64,000 nucleotides of DNA from Anaerolineales bacterium (GCA_040902205.1 JBBDXR010000033.1:69673-133672); one strand, 5' to 3'; positions 1 to 10,421 are shown, numbered from the stretch's first letter. Numbers and translations are program-made. The notes: generated by a model not told the origin, from the letters alone.

Positions 1-261
1 CAACAGGGAATCATCGGGGAATTGGAGGAACTGCGGCCAGACTAGCATGTTGTCGCGCGGGTTATCCAGCATGGCGGGGAACTTGACCGCCGCGGTCAGG
101 ATGTCTTGCATCCCCATGCGTTCGGCCAGCATGCCGCCGGGGACGATGCCGCCGCGGGTGATGACCAACATGGCGTGGAACTCGTGCTCGAATTGCACGA
201 TGAGATGATCGACCAGTTGAGTAACCTCGCCCCAGGTCACCAATTCGCGGCGTACGGCCAT
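1..261 (-). CDS. phosphoribosyltransferase (Gpt/XPRT-like), C-terminus outside window
   Basis: Minus-strand ORF running off the left edge, so absent from the ORF track. The ATG is the complement of 259-261. Translation MAVRRELVTWGEVTQLVDHLIV..AMLVITRGGIVPGGMLAERMG resembles the Gpt N-terminus (VSRGGLVPGALLAREL, from memory). Confidence 0.7.
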   Translation of the reverse strand, partial: MAVRRELVTWGEVTQLVDHLIVQFEHEFHAMLVITRGGIVPGGMLAERMGMQDILTAAVKFPAMLDNPRDNMLVWPQFLQFPDDSLL

Positions 262-336
262 GGTACTCCTTGAACTCTCATTGTATAAGATTTGTCCTTC
301 CGAGCCAACGCGTGGGGAAGCACTTTTGCAGAATGC

Positions 337-2850
337 CTACAGTACGCTCGGCGGGTCCACCTCAATCCGCCAACCGCTAAGCTTGACGCCGCGAATCAGC
401 GAAGTGGGCTCCGGGCCGCGCAGCAGGATCTGCCAGCGATATTCCCGCCTCAGGCGGGGATAGAAGCACGGCACCGGGCCGACCATCTCGGTGCCGCGGC
501 GCTCGCCTCTTTCCAATAGGCGTCCGATGGTTTCACCCATTTGAAAGGCATCCTGTTCCGCTTTGGCTGCGTCCGGGTGGCGGTACTCCAGGCGCAACAA
601 CTGCGCAAACGGCGGCCAGCGTAAAGCCCGCCGCTGGCTGCTTTCCTGCTCGAAGAACGAAGCGTAGTTATGCCCGGCGGCCGCCTGGATGGCGTAATGT
701 TCTGGTTGGAAGGTCTGCAGGACCACGCGGCCGCCCAGCGGGCTGCGCCCGGCGCGGCCCGCCACCTGGGTAAGCACCTGGAAGACGCGCTCGGCGGCGC
801 GGTAATCGGGCAGGTTCAGGCCCACCTCGGCCAGCACCACGCCCACCAGCGTGACCAAGGGCAGGTCCAGGCCCTTGGCCAGCATCTGTGTGCCGATCAG
901 GATGTCCGCCTGGCCCTGGCTGAATGTGCGCAAGATGCGCTGGTGGGCGCCCTTGGTGCGCGTGCTGCTGCGGTCCCAACGCAAGGTGCGCGCCTTGGGG
1001 AAAAGCTTGTGCACCTCGGCTTCCACCGTTTCGGTGCCGGTGCCGTAATGGCGCAGCTGGGGGCTGGCGCAGTTGGGGCAGCGCGGCGGCATCTGGCGTG
1101 TGTAGCCGCAATGGTGGCAGACCAGGCGGCCGGAACGCTCATCCAGGTGTTGGGTCAGCGGGTTGTCGCAATTGGGGCAGCGCAGCACGTAGCCACAGGC
1201 GCGGCAGAACACATACGTGGCCGACCCGCGGCGGTTCAGAAAAAGGATGGCCTGCTGGCCTTCCGCCAATACTTGCTTGATCCCGGCCTGCAGTGAACTG
1301 CTGAAGATCGAGCGGTTGCCGCTTTTCAATTCACGGCGCATGTCAATAACTTCCACGGGCGGCAGTTCCAGCGCTCGGGCGTCTTCGCCCACTTCTTTAT
1401 AGAGCCCGGCTCGGCCCAGGCGTTGGCGGTGGGCGCGGGCTGCTTCGCGGTGCGCTAGGATGCGATCGGGCAGGTGGATAAGCTGCCAGTCGCCGCGCGT
1501 CGCCTGGGAATAGCTGCCCACATCCGGTGTGGCCGAGCCGAGCAGGCAGACCGCGCCGGCCAGGCGGGCATAGGCGACGGCGGCTTCGCGGGCGTGGTAA
1601 TGCGGATCCTGGCCCGCCTCGTAATAGCTGTCATCGTGTTCCTCATCCACGACGATCAGGCCGAGGTCCGCCAGCGGCGCGAACAGCGCCGAGCGCGGGC
1701 CGATGATGACCTTCAAATCTCCGGAGCGCGCCCGCCGCCAGGTGTCGTAGCGCTCGCCCTCCGAAAGTTCGGAGTGCAGTAACCCGACCTGTCCGGGGAA
1801 ACGCCCCAGGAAACGCTGCACGGCTTGCGGCGTCAGCGCTATTTCGGGGACCAGTACGATGGCTTGCCGTCCGCGGGCCAGCGTATCGGCCACGGCGCGT
1901 AAATATATTTCCGTCTTGCCGGAACCGGTAACGCCGTGCAGCAACATGGGCGCCTGGACTTCGCCCTTCTGTGCGGAGGTCAGCGCTTCCTCCACGGTCT
2001 GCCAGGCGCGCGCCTGGTCGGCGGTTAATTGCGGCGGCTGGCTGGGGTCGTAAGGCAATTCGGCCAGCGGGTCGCGCACGCTTTCGCGTTCGCTTAACCG
2101 CACCAGGCCGAGCTCGGCCAGCGCATAAAGGTCTTGCAGTTTCCCGCGGCTTTCCGCGTACAACCATTCGGCATCCATGGGACCCGGTTGGCGCTGCAGG
2201 GCGCCCAGCATGCGCGCGCGGCGCGCCCGCGTCGCCGCCTGGCGGCCAAGTTTGTTTTCCTCGCTCGGCGCGGCAACAAAGGCCACGGTGCGCACGGTTT
2301 TGGGTTTCGCCGCGGGAAGCGGCGGCAGCGCCTTGCTGGTGACCAGGCCCAGGTGCATGAGGCTGCGCGCCGAAACGCGCCAATTGCGGCGCGGCAGGGC
2401 GCGGTTCAATTGTCCGCCGCGCAGCGCGCCGCGTTCATTCAGCAGTTTCAACAGGCGCGCCTGGGTCGGTTTCAACTTGCCATCGAACGTCGCCGCCGCA
2501 GGCGTCAGTGAATATTCCACGTCGGCCAGTTTGCCGATGCCGGCAGGCAGCATCAGGCTGACGCAGGCGGCCAGCGGCGCCAGACAAGTTTCGGAAAGAT
2601 GGGCGGCCAACTGCAATTGCAGCGCGGTGAGCACCGGCTCGGGATCAAGCAGCAGGCTGACCGGCTTGGTCTCGGGCACCTCCGCTTGGGCTACATCGCC
2701 GAGCACCACGCCTTGCACCGTGCGCGGGCCGAACGGCACCAGGACCAAGTGGCCGGGTCGCAGGCGCTCTTCCAGTTCGGGCGGGCAGTGATAATGAAAA
2801 ACCCCGGACACGCGGGGGACGTTGACGGCGATCTGCACGAACCGCGGCAT
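337..2850 (-). CDS. priA: primosomal protein N' (replication restart helicase PriA)
   Basis: 837-aa ORF with Walker A HGVTGSGKTEIY, a VVDEEHD box, and a Cys-rich zinc insert CRACGYVLRCPNCD..CHHCGY..CPNCAS. Confidence 0.95.
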   Translation of the reverse strand: MPRFVQIAVNVPRVSGVFHYHCPPELEERLRPGHLVLVPFGPRTVQGVVLGDVAQAEVPETKPVSLLLDPEPVLTALQLQLAAHLSETCLAPLAACVSLMLPAGIGKLADVEYSLTPAAATFDGKLKPTQARLLKLLNERGALRGGQLNRALPRRNWRVSARSLMHLGLVTSKALPPLPAAKPKTVRTVAFVAAPSEENKLGRQAATRARRARMLGALQRQPGPMDAEWLYAESRGKLQDLYALAELGLVRLSERESVRDPLAELPYDPSQPPQLTADQARAWQTVEEALTSAQKGEVQAPMLLHGVTGSGKTEIYLRAVADTLARGRQAIVLVPEIALTPQAVQRFLGRFPGQVGLLHSELSEGERYDTWRRARSGDLKVIIGPRSALFAPLADLGLIVVDEEHDDSYYEAGQDPHYHAREAAVAYARLAGAVCLLGSATPDVGSYSQATRGDWQLIHLPDRILAHREAARAHRQRLGRAGLYKEVGEDARALELPPVEVIDMRRELKSGNRSIFSSSLQAGIKQVLAEGQQAILFLNRRGSATYVFCRACGYVLRCPNCDNPLTQHLDERSGRLVCHHCGYTRQMPPRCPNCASPQLRHYGTGTETVEAEVHKLFPKARTLRWDRSSTRTKGAHQRILRTFSQGQADILIGTQMLAKGLDLPLVTLVGVVLAEVGLNLPDYRAAERVFQVLTQVAGRAGRSPLGGRVVLQTFQPEHYAIQAAAGHNYASFFEQESSQRRALRWPPFAQLLRLEYRHPDAAKAEQDAFQMGETIGRLLERGERRGTEMVGPVPCFYPRLRREYRWQILLRGPEPTSLIRGVKLSGWRIEVDPPSVL

Positions 2851-2856
2851 GGGCGC

Positions 2857-5079
2857 CTATTCGGAGGGCAGGAAGCCGATGTAAATCTCGTTGTTGATGG
2901 CGAGCAGGATGGCGCGGTTGGGAGTGACGGCATAGGCGGTGGCCAGGCCATCGACCAAGGGCGTGGACGATTGGAACTGCGTATCGAGACTTAAGGTGAG
3001 GCTAAAGCGATACACGGCGCGGGCCACCGGGTCCAACATGAAAAGCGCTGGCTGCGGCGGCTCACTGATCTGCACTTGGGCGAAGATCACGCCTTCGAGG
3101 GTTTCGCCGCTCTGGCGCCCAAGGCGGGTGTCGGTGATCAGCGCAGGGTTGTCGCAGGTGGTGGGATCCTCCAGATCATCATTGAAATGGCACAGGTCCA
3201 TGTGGCCGTCATTGTGGATCAGGTACAGGTCTTCCTGCTCAACGGCCAGGCCCAAGGCGCCGCGCAGGTTGGGCACCTCGGCGCCGAAGAAGAAGCGCGG
3301 CTCCTCCGCATACGAATAGTCTTCGCCGGAATATATCCACACCGCGTTGGTGACCGGATCGAGGATATAGAGATTGCCGTTCTCGATGACCATGGCCAGG
3401 GGTTGACCCCAGTTGCTATCCGGTGGCACCAGCGTACGCGCCGCCGGGCGTTCCCCGCTGGCGCAGTAAATGACATTGCCGTTGGCGTCCATGGCCAGCA
3501 GTTCGGCCTCCAGGGCGTTGCCGCGCGGCAGCAGGGCCAGGTCCACCAATTTATCGACGATGAAATCGCCGTAGGGCCCGGGCTCGCAGGCGAAATTCTC
3601 GTCCAACTGGTAGCTGCCGGGGCCGCTGTCGCCGCCCAGGAAGAAACGCATGATCTTGCCGTCGGTGGCGTTGAGCATGTAGATCTCATTGTTGGTGGCT
3701 ACCATGCGGGTGATGTGCGCGTTTTGCGCCAAAGGCGCAAAAAGCGCGGGGGTGAACTCCACGCGGCGAATGGCGTCCAACCCATCCAGCGCGGTTTGCG
3801 CCTGGGCCAGCAGGCTGGCCGCGGTCTGCTGGTCTTGTTCATAAAAGGCAGCCCGCTCGGCGTAATAGATGACCCCTTCCCAGGCCACGCGGATCTCGGC
3901 GGGATCCTGGCTGGCTGCCGCAATGGCCGCGGCGCTCTGGGCTCGCTCGAGGTAATTGACGTACAGTTGGCCGCGGCCGAAGAACAGATAGACGGCCGCC
4001 ACCAGGATGACCACGGCCACCGGCACGAGGATGGCGATAAGGCCCATCACGCGCGGCGGCAGGTTGAAGATCGGCTCCTCGGGCAGCACGCGCTGTAAGA
4101 AATTCGAGACGCGCGGGGTGAGCTTTTGCCAAAAGGCGGCGACGCCAGCGGAGAATTCGCCCCACAAGTTCCCTTTCTTAGCAGCAGGTGCGGGAGGGGC
4201 CGGCTCTGTTTCAACCGATGGCAGATCAGCCGATGGAGCAGGGGCTGCTTCAGCCTGCGCATCCGGCACTTGCACAGCCTCCCAGGAGCGCGAAGGTCTG
4301 GGCGCCCGTGCCATGGGGGCGACGGGTGCGGGGGCGGTTTCCGGGGCTTCGGCTTCCGAGCCCGACAGAATATGTATGGAGCCTTTCCCGGATTGGGCGG
4401 CAAGCAACGCGGCGCGTAAGTTGGGTCCGGCTTCGCTGGTGAGGCGGCGCCGCAAGGTAGACAGTTTCTGCCCGGCGGCCACCTGCAGGGTCTTCTCGTT
4501 CCAGCCCGAGGGCAATTCGGCGAGGAGCAGTACATATTGCTCAGGCGCCAGCTCGAATTGGGAAAAGTGGATATCTACGCTTTGGCTTAGCCCCAAACCG
4601 CGCCCGGCGGCCTGAGGATCATAGAAGTGCTGGATGTCGTCCGCGCCCAATAAGAAGGCCTGCACGGGGCCGCATTGGGCTAATGTGACGCGCTGTTCAC
4701 GAACGGAAAGCAGACTGAGCCACGCGGCGGTCGGAGCTCCTGCAGGCGCAGCCTGGCGGTTGCGCTGCACGAAGTACGTGTTCAGGCGCTCGATCTGCTC
4801 GCGCACCGTCGAGGTGACTGACCCCGGGGTGCGGAAATACCCGTCGGCCATATCCTGCAGCAGGCTTTTCTGCGCTTCCGGGCTAAGGCCGATCTCGAGG
4901 GGTAAGGTAAGCTGCAGCAGCAGGCGCTCTTCGCTGCGGCTGCGCGCATGGCGGCGCGGCGGCTCGGCGGCCAGCAGCCCGGGCAGGTAAGATTGATCCT
5001 GCGCGTCGCGTCGATGAAGGGGTATGACGGTCAGATCGAGATGGGCTGGCATGGGGAGCAGACGGTTTCGGCCGCGCAA
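2857..5079 (-). CDS. hypothetical membrane protein: cytoplasmic N-domain, Pro/Ala linker, one TM, C-terminal beta-propeller-like repeats
   Basis: 740-aa ORF ending 7 nt upstream of priA. TM helix GLIAILVPVAVVILVAAVYLFF. Recurrent LYILD/IYMLN/LYLIH/LFMLD strands in the C-terminal half. The codon at 5079 is TTG; the ATG at 5052 is an alternative start. Confidence 0.7.
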   Translation of the reverse strand: MRGRNRLLPMPAHLDLTVIPLHRRDAQDQSYLPGLLAAEPPRRHARSRSEERLLLQLTLPLEIGLSPEAQKSLLQDMADGYFRTPGSVTSTVREQIERLNTYFVQRNRQAAPAGAPTAAWLSLLSVREQRVTLAQCGPVQAFLLGADDIQHFYDPQAAGRGLGLSQSVDIHFSQFELAPEQYVLLLAELPSGWNEKTLQVAAGQKLSTLRRRLTSEAGPNLRAALLAAQSGKGSIHILSGSEAEAPETAPAPVAPMARAPRPSRSWEAVQVPDAQAEAAPAPSADLPSVETEPAPPAPAAKKGNLWGEFSAGVAAFWQKLTPRVSNFLQRVLPEEPIFNLPPRVMGLIAILVPVAVVILVAAVYLFFGRGQLYVNYLERAQSAAAIAAASQDPAEIRVAWEGVIYYAERAAFYEQDQQTAASLLAQAQTALDGLDAIRRVEFTPALFAPLAQNAHITRMVATNNEIYMLNATDGKIMRFFLGGDSGPGSYQLDENFACEPGPYGDFIVDKLVDLALLPRGNALEAELLAMDANGNVIYCASGERPAARTLVPPDSNWGQPLAMVIENGNLYILDPVTNAVWIYSGEDYSYAEEPRFFFGAEVPNLRGALGLAVEQEDLYLIHNDGHMDLCHFNDDLEDPTTCDNPALITDTRLGRQSGETLEGVIFAQVQISEPPQPALFMLDPVARAVYRFSLTLSLDTQFQSSTPLVDGLATAYAVTPNRAILLAINNEIYIGFLPSE

Positions 5080-5157
5080 AAAATTATACTGGTAAAATCA
5101 TCGAGGCCTTTTTTGAACCAAGCCCCGCAGCCGACCTCACAATTGCATAGGAGCCGC

Positions 5158-6183
5158 ATGCGCATCGAAGTCATTGACAGCGCAGACCAATGGTCCGCGC
5201 TGGCCGGTGAATGGCGGGAACTGCTAACTCACACTCACCAGCATACTCCCTTTCTGACCTACGAATTCCAGCGCGCCTGGTGGCAGCACCTGGGCGGGGG
5301 TGAATGGAAGGATGCGCAGCTGCACATCCTGGCGGGACGCGGCAAGGATGGCCGCCTGCTGGGCATCGCCCCGCTTTTCCGCGCGCAGGATGCCGAAGGC
5401 GCGGCTGCGTTTCAATTCATCGGCAGCCACGAGATCGCCGACTTCCTGGATTTCATCGCCCGCCCCGAGGATCTCGTCGATTTCATTCAAGCAGCTGTGT
5501 CTCACCTGGCCGACCTGCCTGAAGATCAGTGGCAGGTGCTTGATCTCTACAATCTACTGGACAGTTCCAGGTCGCAATCCGCATTGCGCATCGCGGCGCA
5601 GGAGTTGGACTACTCGTTCGACCTAGCCGTATTGCAGCCCAGCCCTTACCTGACCGTGCCTGAAAGCCTGGATGCCTATGAGACGATGCTGGGCGCCAAG
5701 CAAGGGCACGAACTGCGCCGCAAGCTGCGCCGCGCGGCGCGCAATCCGGAACCAGTGAGCCTGGAACTCATCTCGGACGCGGCGGAATTGCCGCGTGCCC
5801 TGGACGACTTCTTCGCCTTGATGACGCAGGAAGCCGACAAGGCGCGCTTCCTGACTCCTACGATGCGCGCTCAAATGGAAACCATCGCCCGCACCAGCTT
5901 CGATGCCGGTTGGCTGCAGCTCTTGTTCTTGAAGGTTGGGGAAACGCGGGCCGCAGGCTACATGAACTTCGATTACGACAACAGCATCTGGGCCTACAAC
6001 GCCGGCTTCAACAACAATTTCGCCAGCCTGTCACCGGGTTGGCTGATCATGGCCGAGATGGTGCGCTGGTGCACCGAGCACGGGCGCAAGATCTTCGATT
6101 TCATGCGCGGCAACGAGGAATACAAGTATCGCTTCGGCGCCGTGGATCGCTTCGTAGAGCGCGTGACGATCCGCCGCGCCTAG
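5158..6183 (+). CDS. GNAT-fold acyltransferase, CelD/BcsL (FemAB-like) family
   Basis: The in-frame ATG at 5158 is preceded by AGGAG (5149-5153). The C-terminal block FLKVGETRAAGYMNFDY..WAYNAGFN..SPG..FDFMRGNEEYKYRFG is typical of CelD-like GNATs. The upstream part of the 411-aa track ORF overlaps the divergent gene. Confidence 0.7.
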   Translation: MRIEVIDSADQWSALAGEWRELLTHTHQHTPFLTYEFQRAWWQHLGGGEWKDAQLHILAGRGKDGRLLGIAPLFRAQDAEGAAAFQFIGSHEIADFLDFIARPEDLVDFIQAAVSHLADLPEDQWQVLDLYNLLDSSRSQSALRIAAQELDYSFDLAVLQPSPYLTVPESLDAYETMLGAKQGHELRRKLRRAARNPEPVSLELISDAAELPRALDDFFALMTQEADKARFLTPTMRAQMETIARTSFDAGWLQLLFLKVGETRAAGYMNFDYDNSIWAYNAGFNNNFASLSPGWLIMAEMVRWCTEHGRKIFDFMRGNEEYKYRFGAVDRFVERVTIRRA

Positions 6184-7130
6184 TTTCTTCCCTCCCACCA
6201 GTTCAGCACACGCAAGGCCCGCAGTGTGTTCCAGCGGCCCGGCTTGCCGGCCGCTTCCATCGTGAACCAGCGCTGGCCGCTGGCAGGCCGGTTCTCGTCC
6301 CAGCGGCCATCGGCGCCGCGCTTGCTCAACAAGAGATCGATAGGCTCCTGCAGACGTTTGTCCTTTGGCGCTCCCACCGCCCGGAAATGATCCAGGGCGC
6401 GTAGGAAATCATATTGCCAACTGGGTTGGGAGGGCGCTACCAGGTAATTGCTCCTCACGATAGTCCCTTTGCGATGGGACCGGTAGAGCCGGTGGCGCAG
6501 CAGGAACTCGCGCCCATTGGCCAAGGCTTCGTTGATGGGTAATTTGCTTTTCGGGCGGAACTGTTGATACTGGCGCAGGCCATCCAGCACTAATAGAGTC
6601 GTATTGAAGGAGGCGTGCGTGTCGCCGCGGCGATAGCGGCAGTTCCAACCAGCGTCGCTCATTTGCTCTCCCAGTAGGTGCTGGGCGATGAGGTCGACGC
6701 GCCCATCCTCTATTTGAAAGTATGACAGAATGGCCAGCGCCATGCCGGTGATGCAGGTTTCACCGTGCGGATATTTGGCGTCCGCCGGGTTGACGTAACG
6801 GATGCCCCGGTCTTCCCGGAATCCATTATCCAGCAATACCTTGGCGGCCTTAAGCGCCCGAGGATGCCCGGGGGCAAGACCCAGGAAGCGAAGGGCCAGC
6901 ATCGTGTAATGGGTCGAGGTCCATTTGGGCGAATACAGCGCCTTGGCCCAGGTACCTGCCTTGTCCTGATGAGACAGGTAGCGCGCTCCCCAGCCTTCCG
7001 TGGCCACCCTGGCGCGTTCTTTTTCGTACAGGGACGGTTTCGCGCCAAGCAGGTCGCGCTGCACCTGCCAGCGGATGGCCGGGTCGCCGGCCATCAGCCA
7101 ATCGGTGATCTTCGCATCCATTTTTGCCAT
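6180..7130 (-). CDS. prenyltransferase/terpene-cyclase-like alpha-alpha toroid repeat protein (function unknown)
   Basis: 316-aa ORF with an ATG start. It shows repeated aromatic/Gly-Trp helical-hairpin signatures (GWGARY, DAGWNCRY, DGRWDE). The family assignment is from memory only. Confidence 0.55.
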   Translation of the reverse strand: MAKMDAKITDWLMAGDPAIRWQVQRDLLGAKPSLYEKERARVATEGWGARYLSHQDKAGTWAKALYSPKWTSTHYTMLALRFLGLAPGHPRALKAAKVLLDNGFREDRGIRYVNPADAKYPHGETCITGMALAILSYFQIEDGRVDLIAQHLLGEQMSDAGWNCRYRRGDTHASFNTTLLVLDGLRQYQQFRPKSKLPINEALANGREFLLRHRLYRSHRKGTIVRSNYLVAPSQPSWQYDFLRALDHFRAVGAPKDKRLQEPIDLLLSKRGADGRWDENRPASGQRWFTMEAAGKPGRWNTLRALRVLNWWEGRN

Positions 7131-7208
7131 GCGGCGATTATATTCCGGGGTCCGATAAATCCTGATAGAGTGAGCCGGGGCGCGACTGTATAATTGCTCC
7201 TTGCCCCC

Positions 7209-8009
7209 ATGGTCAAAAAAAGTAAAGCCGCCCCCTTATTGCCACCCGAGCCGCCGCTGACGCGCCGCCCGCGCGCTGTGGTGGTCGGCGCCTCTTCAGG
7301 TATCGGCGCCGCTATAGCCCGACGGCTGGCAGCCGAGGGCCATGTGGTGGCCGCCCTGGCGCGCAGCAAAGGCGAGCTGGATAAGCTATGCGGCGCGATC
7401 AATGCGCAAATGGGGGAGACGCGCGCTCTTGCCTATCAGCATGACGTAACCGACCTTCAGACGATCTCGGTCTTGTTTCAGCGCCTGCTCAAAGACTTGG
7501 GCGGGATCGACGTGCTGGTGTATTGTGCCGGGGTGATGCCCGCTGTCGCCATCGACGAATTCGATCTGGAAAAAGACAAGCTCATGATCGAGACCAACCT
7601 GATGGGCGGCCTGGCCTGGCTAGGGTTGGGTGCGGCGCTGTTCCAGCGCATGGGCGCCGGCCACCTGGTGGGCATCTCTTCGGTGGCGGGCGACCGCGGC
7701 CGGGTGCTGAACCCCGCCTACAATGCCTCCAAGGCCGGGCTGGATGCGTACCTGGAAGCGCTGCGCAACCGGCTCACGCGCCGCGGCGTGCACGTGCTGA
7801 CAGTGAAGCCCGGCTTCGTGGACACCGAGATGCTCAAGGCCAGCCGCTCGCCCAAGTTCGGCGTGGTCAGTCCCGAGACGGTGGCTGGCGGAGTTTGGAA
7901 AGCTATGCGAACGCGCAAGCAGCTGGTGTACATCCCCTGGATCTGGCGCTGGATCATGCTGGCGGTGCGCAATGTTCCCTCCTTCATCTTCCGGAGACTG
8001 TCCTTTTGA
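7209..8009 (+). CDS. SDR-family reductase, DprE2-like (decaprenylphospho-2'-keto-ribose reductase homologue)
   Basis: Rossmann motif VVGASSGIGAAIARRL and catalytic YNASKAG. The C-terminal tail LVYIPWIWRWIMLAVRNVPSFIFRRLSF matches the Mtb DprE2 tail [28 protein letters not shown] (from memory). The ATG at 7209 is preferred over the TTG at 7194. Confidence 0.85.
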   Translation: MVKKSKAAPLLPPEPPLTRRPRAVVVGASSGIGAAIARRLAAEGHVVAALARSKGELDKLCGAINAQMGETRALAYQHDVTDLQTISVLFQRLLKDLGGIDVLVYCAGVMPAVAIDEFDLEKDKLMIETNLMGGLAWLGLGAALFQRMGAGHLVGISSVAGDRGRVLNPAYNASKAGLDAYLEALRNRLTRRGVHVLTVKPGFVDTEMLKASRSPKFGVVSPETVAGGVWKAMRTRKQLVYIPWIWRWIMLAVRNVPSFIFRRLSF

Positions 8010-9433
8010 GCAAACAAACTGAACGCGCCCTGCCACAAACGCGACTGGCGCGACTGGAGAACTTCGGTCATTCCCTGAAACGCAGCGCCTATCTGTTCCA
8101 GCCTAACCGCATCGAGCAGCTTCGCGACATCTTCGCCCTGGCGCGGCAGCAAGGCGTCAGCATTGCGCTGCGCGGCGCGGGACGCAGCTACGGGGATGCG
8201 GCACTCAATAGCGGGCAGATCGTGCTCGATCTGCGCTTATTGAATCGCATTAAAAAATGGGACGCGCAGCATGGCCGCATCACCGTGGAGCCGGGCGTCA
8301 CCATTGAGCAATTGTGGAAACATGTGCTGGCGGATGGCTGGTGGCCGCCCGTAGTGCCCGGCACCATGTTCCCTACCATCGGCGGCTGCCTGGCGGCCAA
8401 CATCCACGGCAAGAACAACTGGGTGGCCGGCCCCCTGGGCGAGCATGTGGTCGAGTTCAAGGCTTTGCTTCCCAACGGGAAGCAAAGCACATGCAGCCCA
8501 AGCAAGAACAAGGACCTGTTCTACGCCATGATCGGCGGCATGGGCTTGCTGGGCGTGTTCACATCTATCACGCTGCAGCTCAAGCACATCCATTCCGGCA
8601 ATATTGAGGTAAGCGCTTGGGCCGAGCCGACATTGGCCGGCATGCTGGCCGCGGTCGACGAGCACAAGGCCAGCGATTACGTGGTGGGCTGGGTGGATTG
8701 CACCGCGCTGGGCGCGCGCCTGGGCCGCGGCCAGATCCATGCGGCGCGCTATCTGCCATCCGATGAGGACCCCGATGCGGAGCGCAGCCTGCGCGTGGAT
8801 GCCCAGGTCCTGCCGGACCGTATGTTCGGCGTCGTCCCCAAACGGCTGCTGCCGCCACTGATGGCGCCCTTCGTGAACAATCTCGGCACCTGGGGAGTGA
8901 ACCTGGCCAAATATCTAAGCAGCCGCACCATCGGCAATCACAAGAAATACCGGCAGTCCTTGGTGGCCTTCAACTTCCTGCTGGATTACATTCCCGATTG
9001 GGAGCGCAGCTATGGCCGCGGCGGCCTCATCCAATACCAGAGCTTCTTGCCCAAGGCCGCGGCCGCCGACGTGTATCTGGCCATGCTGCGCGTTTGCAAG
9101 CGCGCCGGCTTGCCCTCCTATCTCGGCGTGCTCAAGCGCCATCGCCCCGACAAGTTCTTGCTGTCCCATGCTGTGGATGGCTACTCGCTGGCGCTGGACT
9201 TCAAAGTGACGGGCGGCAACCGCGCCCGGCTAACGGCTTTGGCCGGAGAGCTGGATAAACTGGTGCTGGCGGCCGGCGGCCGTTTCTACTTCGCCAAAGA
9301 CAGCACGCTGCACGCCGACGAGGTACGCAGCTACTTGGGGACCGCTGCGCTCCAGAAATTCAGAACGCTGAAGCGCAAAGCCGACCCTGGCAATTTGCTG
9401 CAAACGGACCTGTATCGAAGATGTTTTGAGTAG
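8006..9433 (+). CDS. FAD-linked oxidase, DprE1-like (decaprenylphosphoryl-beta-D-ribose 2'-oxidase homologue)
   Basis: The TTG at 8006 overlaps the upstream TGA by 4 nt. Motifs RGAGRSYGD, ANIHGKNN, GGLIQYQSFLP and GGRFYFAKDS parallel Mtb DprE1 RGLGRSYGD, IHGKNHH, GFLQYQFVIP and GGRLYTAKDS. The N-terminal 160 aa of the track ORF overlaps the SDR gene and is rejected. Confidence 0.85.
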   Translation: MSKQTERALPQTRLARLENFGHSLKRSAYLFQPNRIEQLRDIFALARQQGVSIALRGAGRSYGDAALNSGQIVLDLRLLNRIKKWDAQHGRITVEPGVTIEQLWKHVLADGWWPPVVPGTMFPTIGGCLAANIHGKNNWVAGPLGEHVVEFKALLPNGKQSTCSPSKNKDLFYAMIGGMGLLGVFTSITLQLKHIHSGNIEVSAWAEPTLAGMLAAVDEHKASDYVVGWVDCTALGARLGRGQIHAARYLPSDEDPDAERSLRVDAQVLPDRMFGVVPKRLLPPLMAPFVNNLGTWGVNLAKYLSSRTIGNHKKYRQSLVAFNFLLDYIPDWERSYGRGGLIQYQSFLPKAAAADVYLAMLRVCKRAGLPSYLGVLKRHRPDKFLLSHAVDGYSLALDFKVTGGNRARLTALAGELDKLVLAAGGRFYFAKDSTLHADEVRSYLGTAALQKFRTLKRKADPGNLLQTDLYRRCFE

Positions 9434-9454
9434 GTGGCATAGCGCCACCCTGGT

Positions 9455-9580
9455 GTCACTCTGAGCGAAGCGAAGAGCTATCAGAACCTTGATCTGATCA
9501 GGTTGGTAGTTATTGAGCGGCTAGAGATTTCTTCGCTTCGTCACGGCAACCTTCGGCTGCCTTACTTGCTCAGAATGACA
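9455..9580. repeat. repeat family A: short forward copy (9455-9479) and long reverse copy (9524-9580)
   Basis: Forward copy: GTCACTCTGAGCGAAGCGAAGAGCT. The reverse complement of 9524-9580 reads TGTCATTCTGAGCAAGTAAGGCAGCCGAAGGTTGCCGTGACGAAGCGAAGAAATCTC. Confidence 0.75.
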
Positions 9581-9600
9581 CCAAAAGAGAAACGGATAAA

Positions 9601-10359
<759 letters not shown>

Positions 10360-10421
10360 CTCGGCCTCGACTTCGTTTGACAGCGCCTTGGGGACTCTGT
10401 AGACTTCACCCTGTTCCGAAT

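Noticed and set aside
7523-8005. N-terminal 160 aa of the 636-aa track ORF (7523..9433), and similarly the N-terminal extensions of 22308..23489 (recO), 4948..6183, 46238..47059, 54411..55388, 29925..31391 and 43021..43629.
   Set aside because: The extensions overlap upstream genes or are Arg/Pro-rich nonsense. Conserved family N-termini begin at internal starts (8006, 23081, 5158, 46430, 54474, 31292, 43359), several with Shine-Dalgarno sequences or stop/start overlaps.
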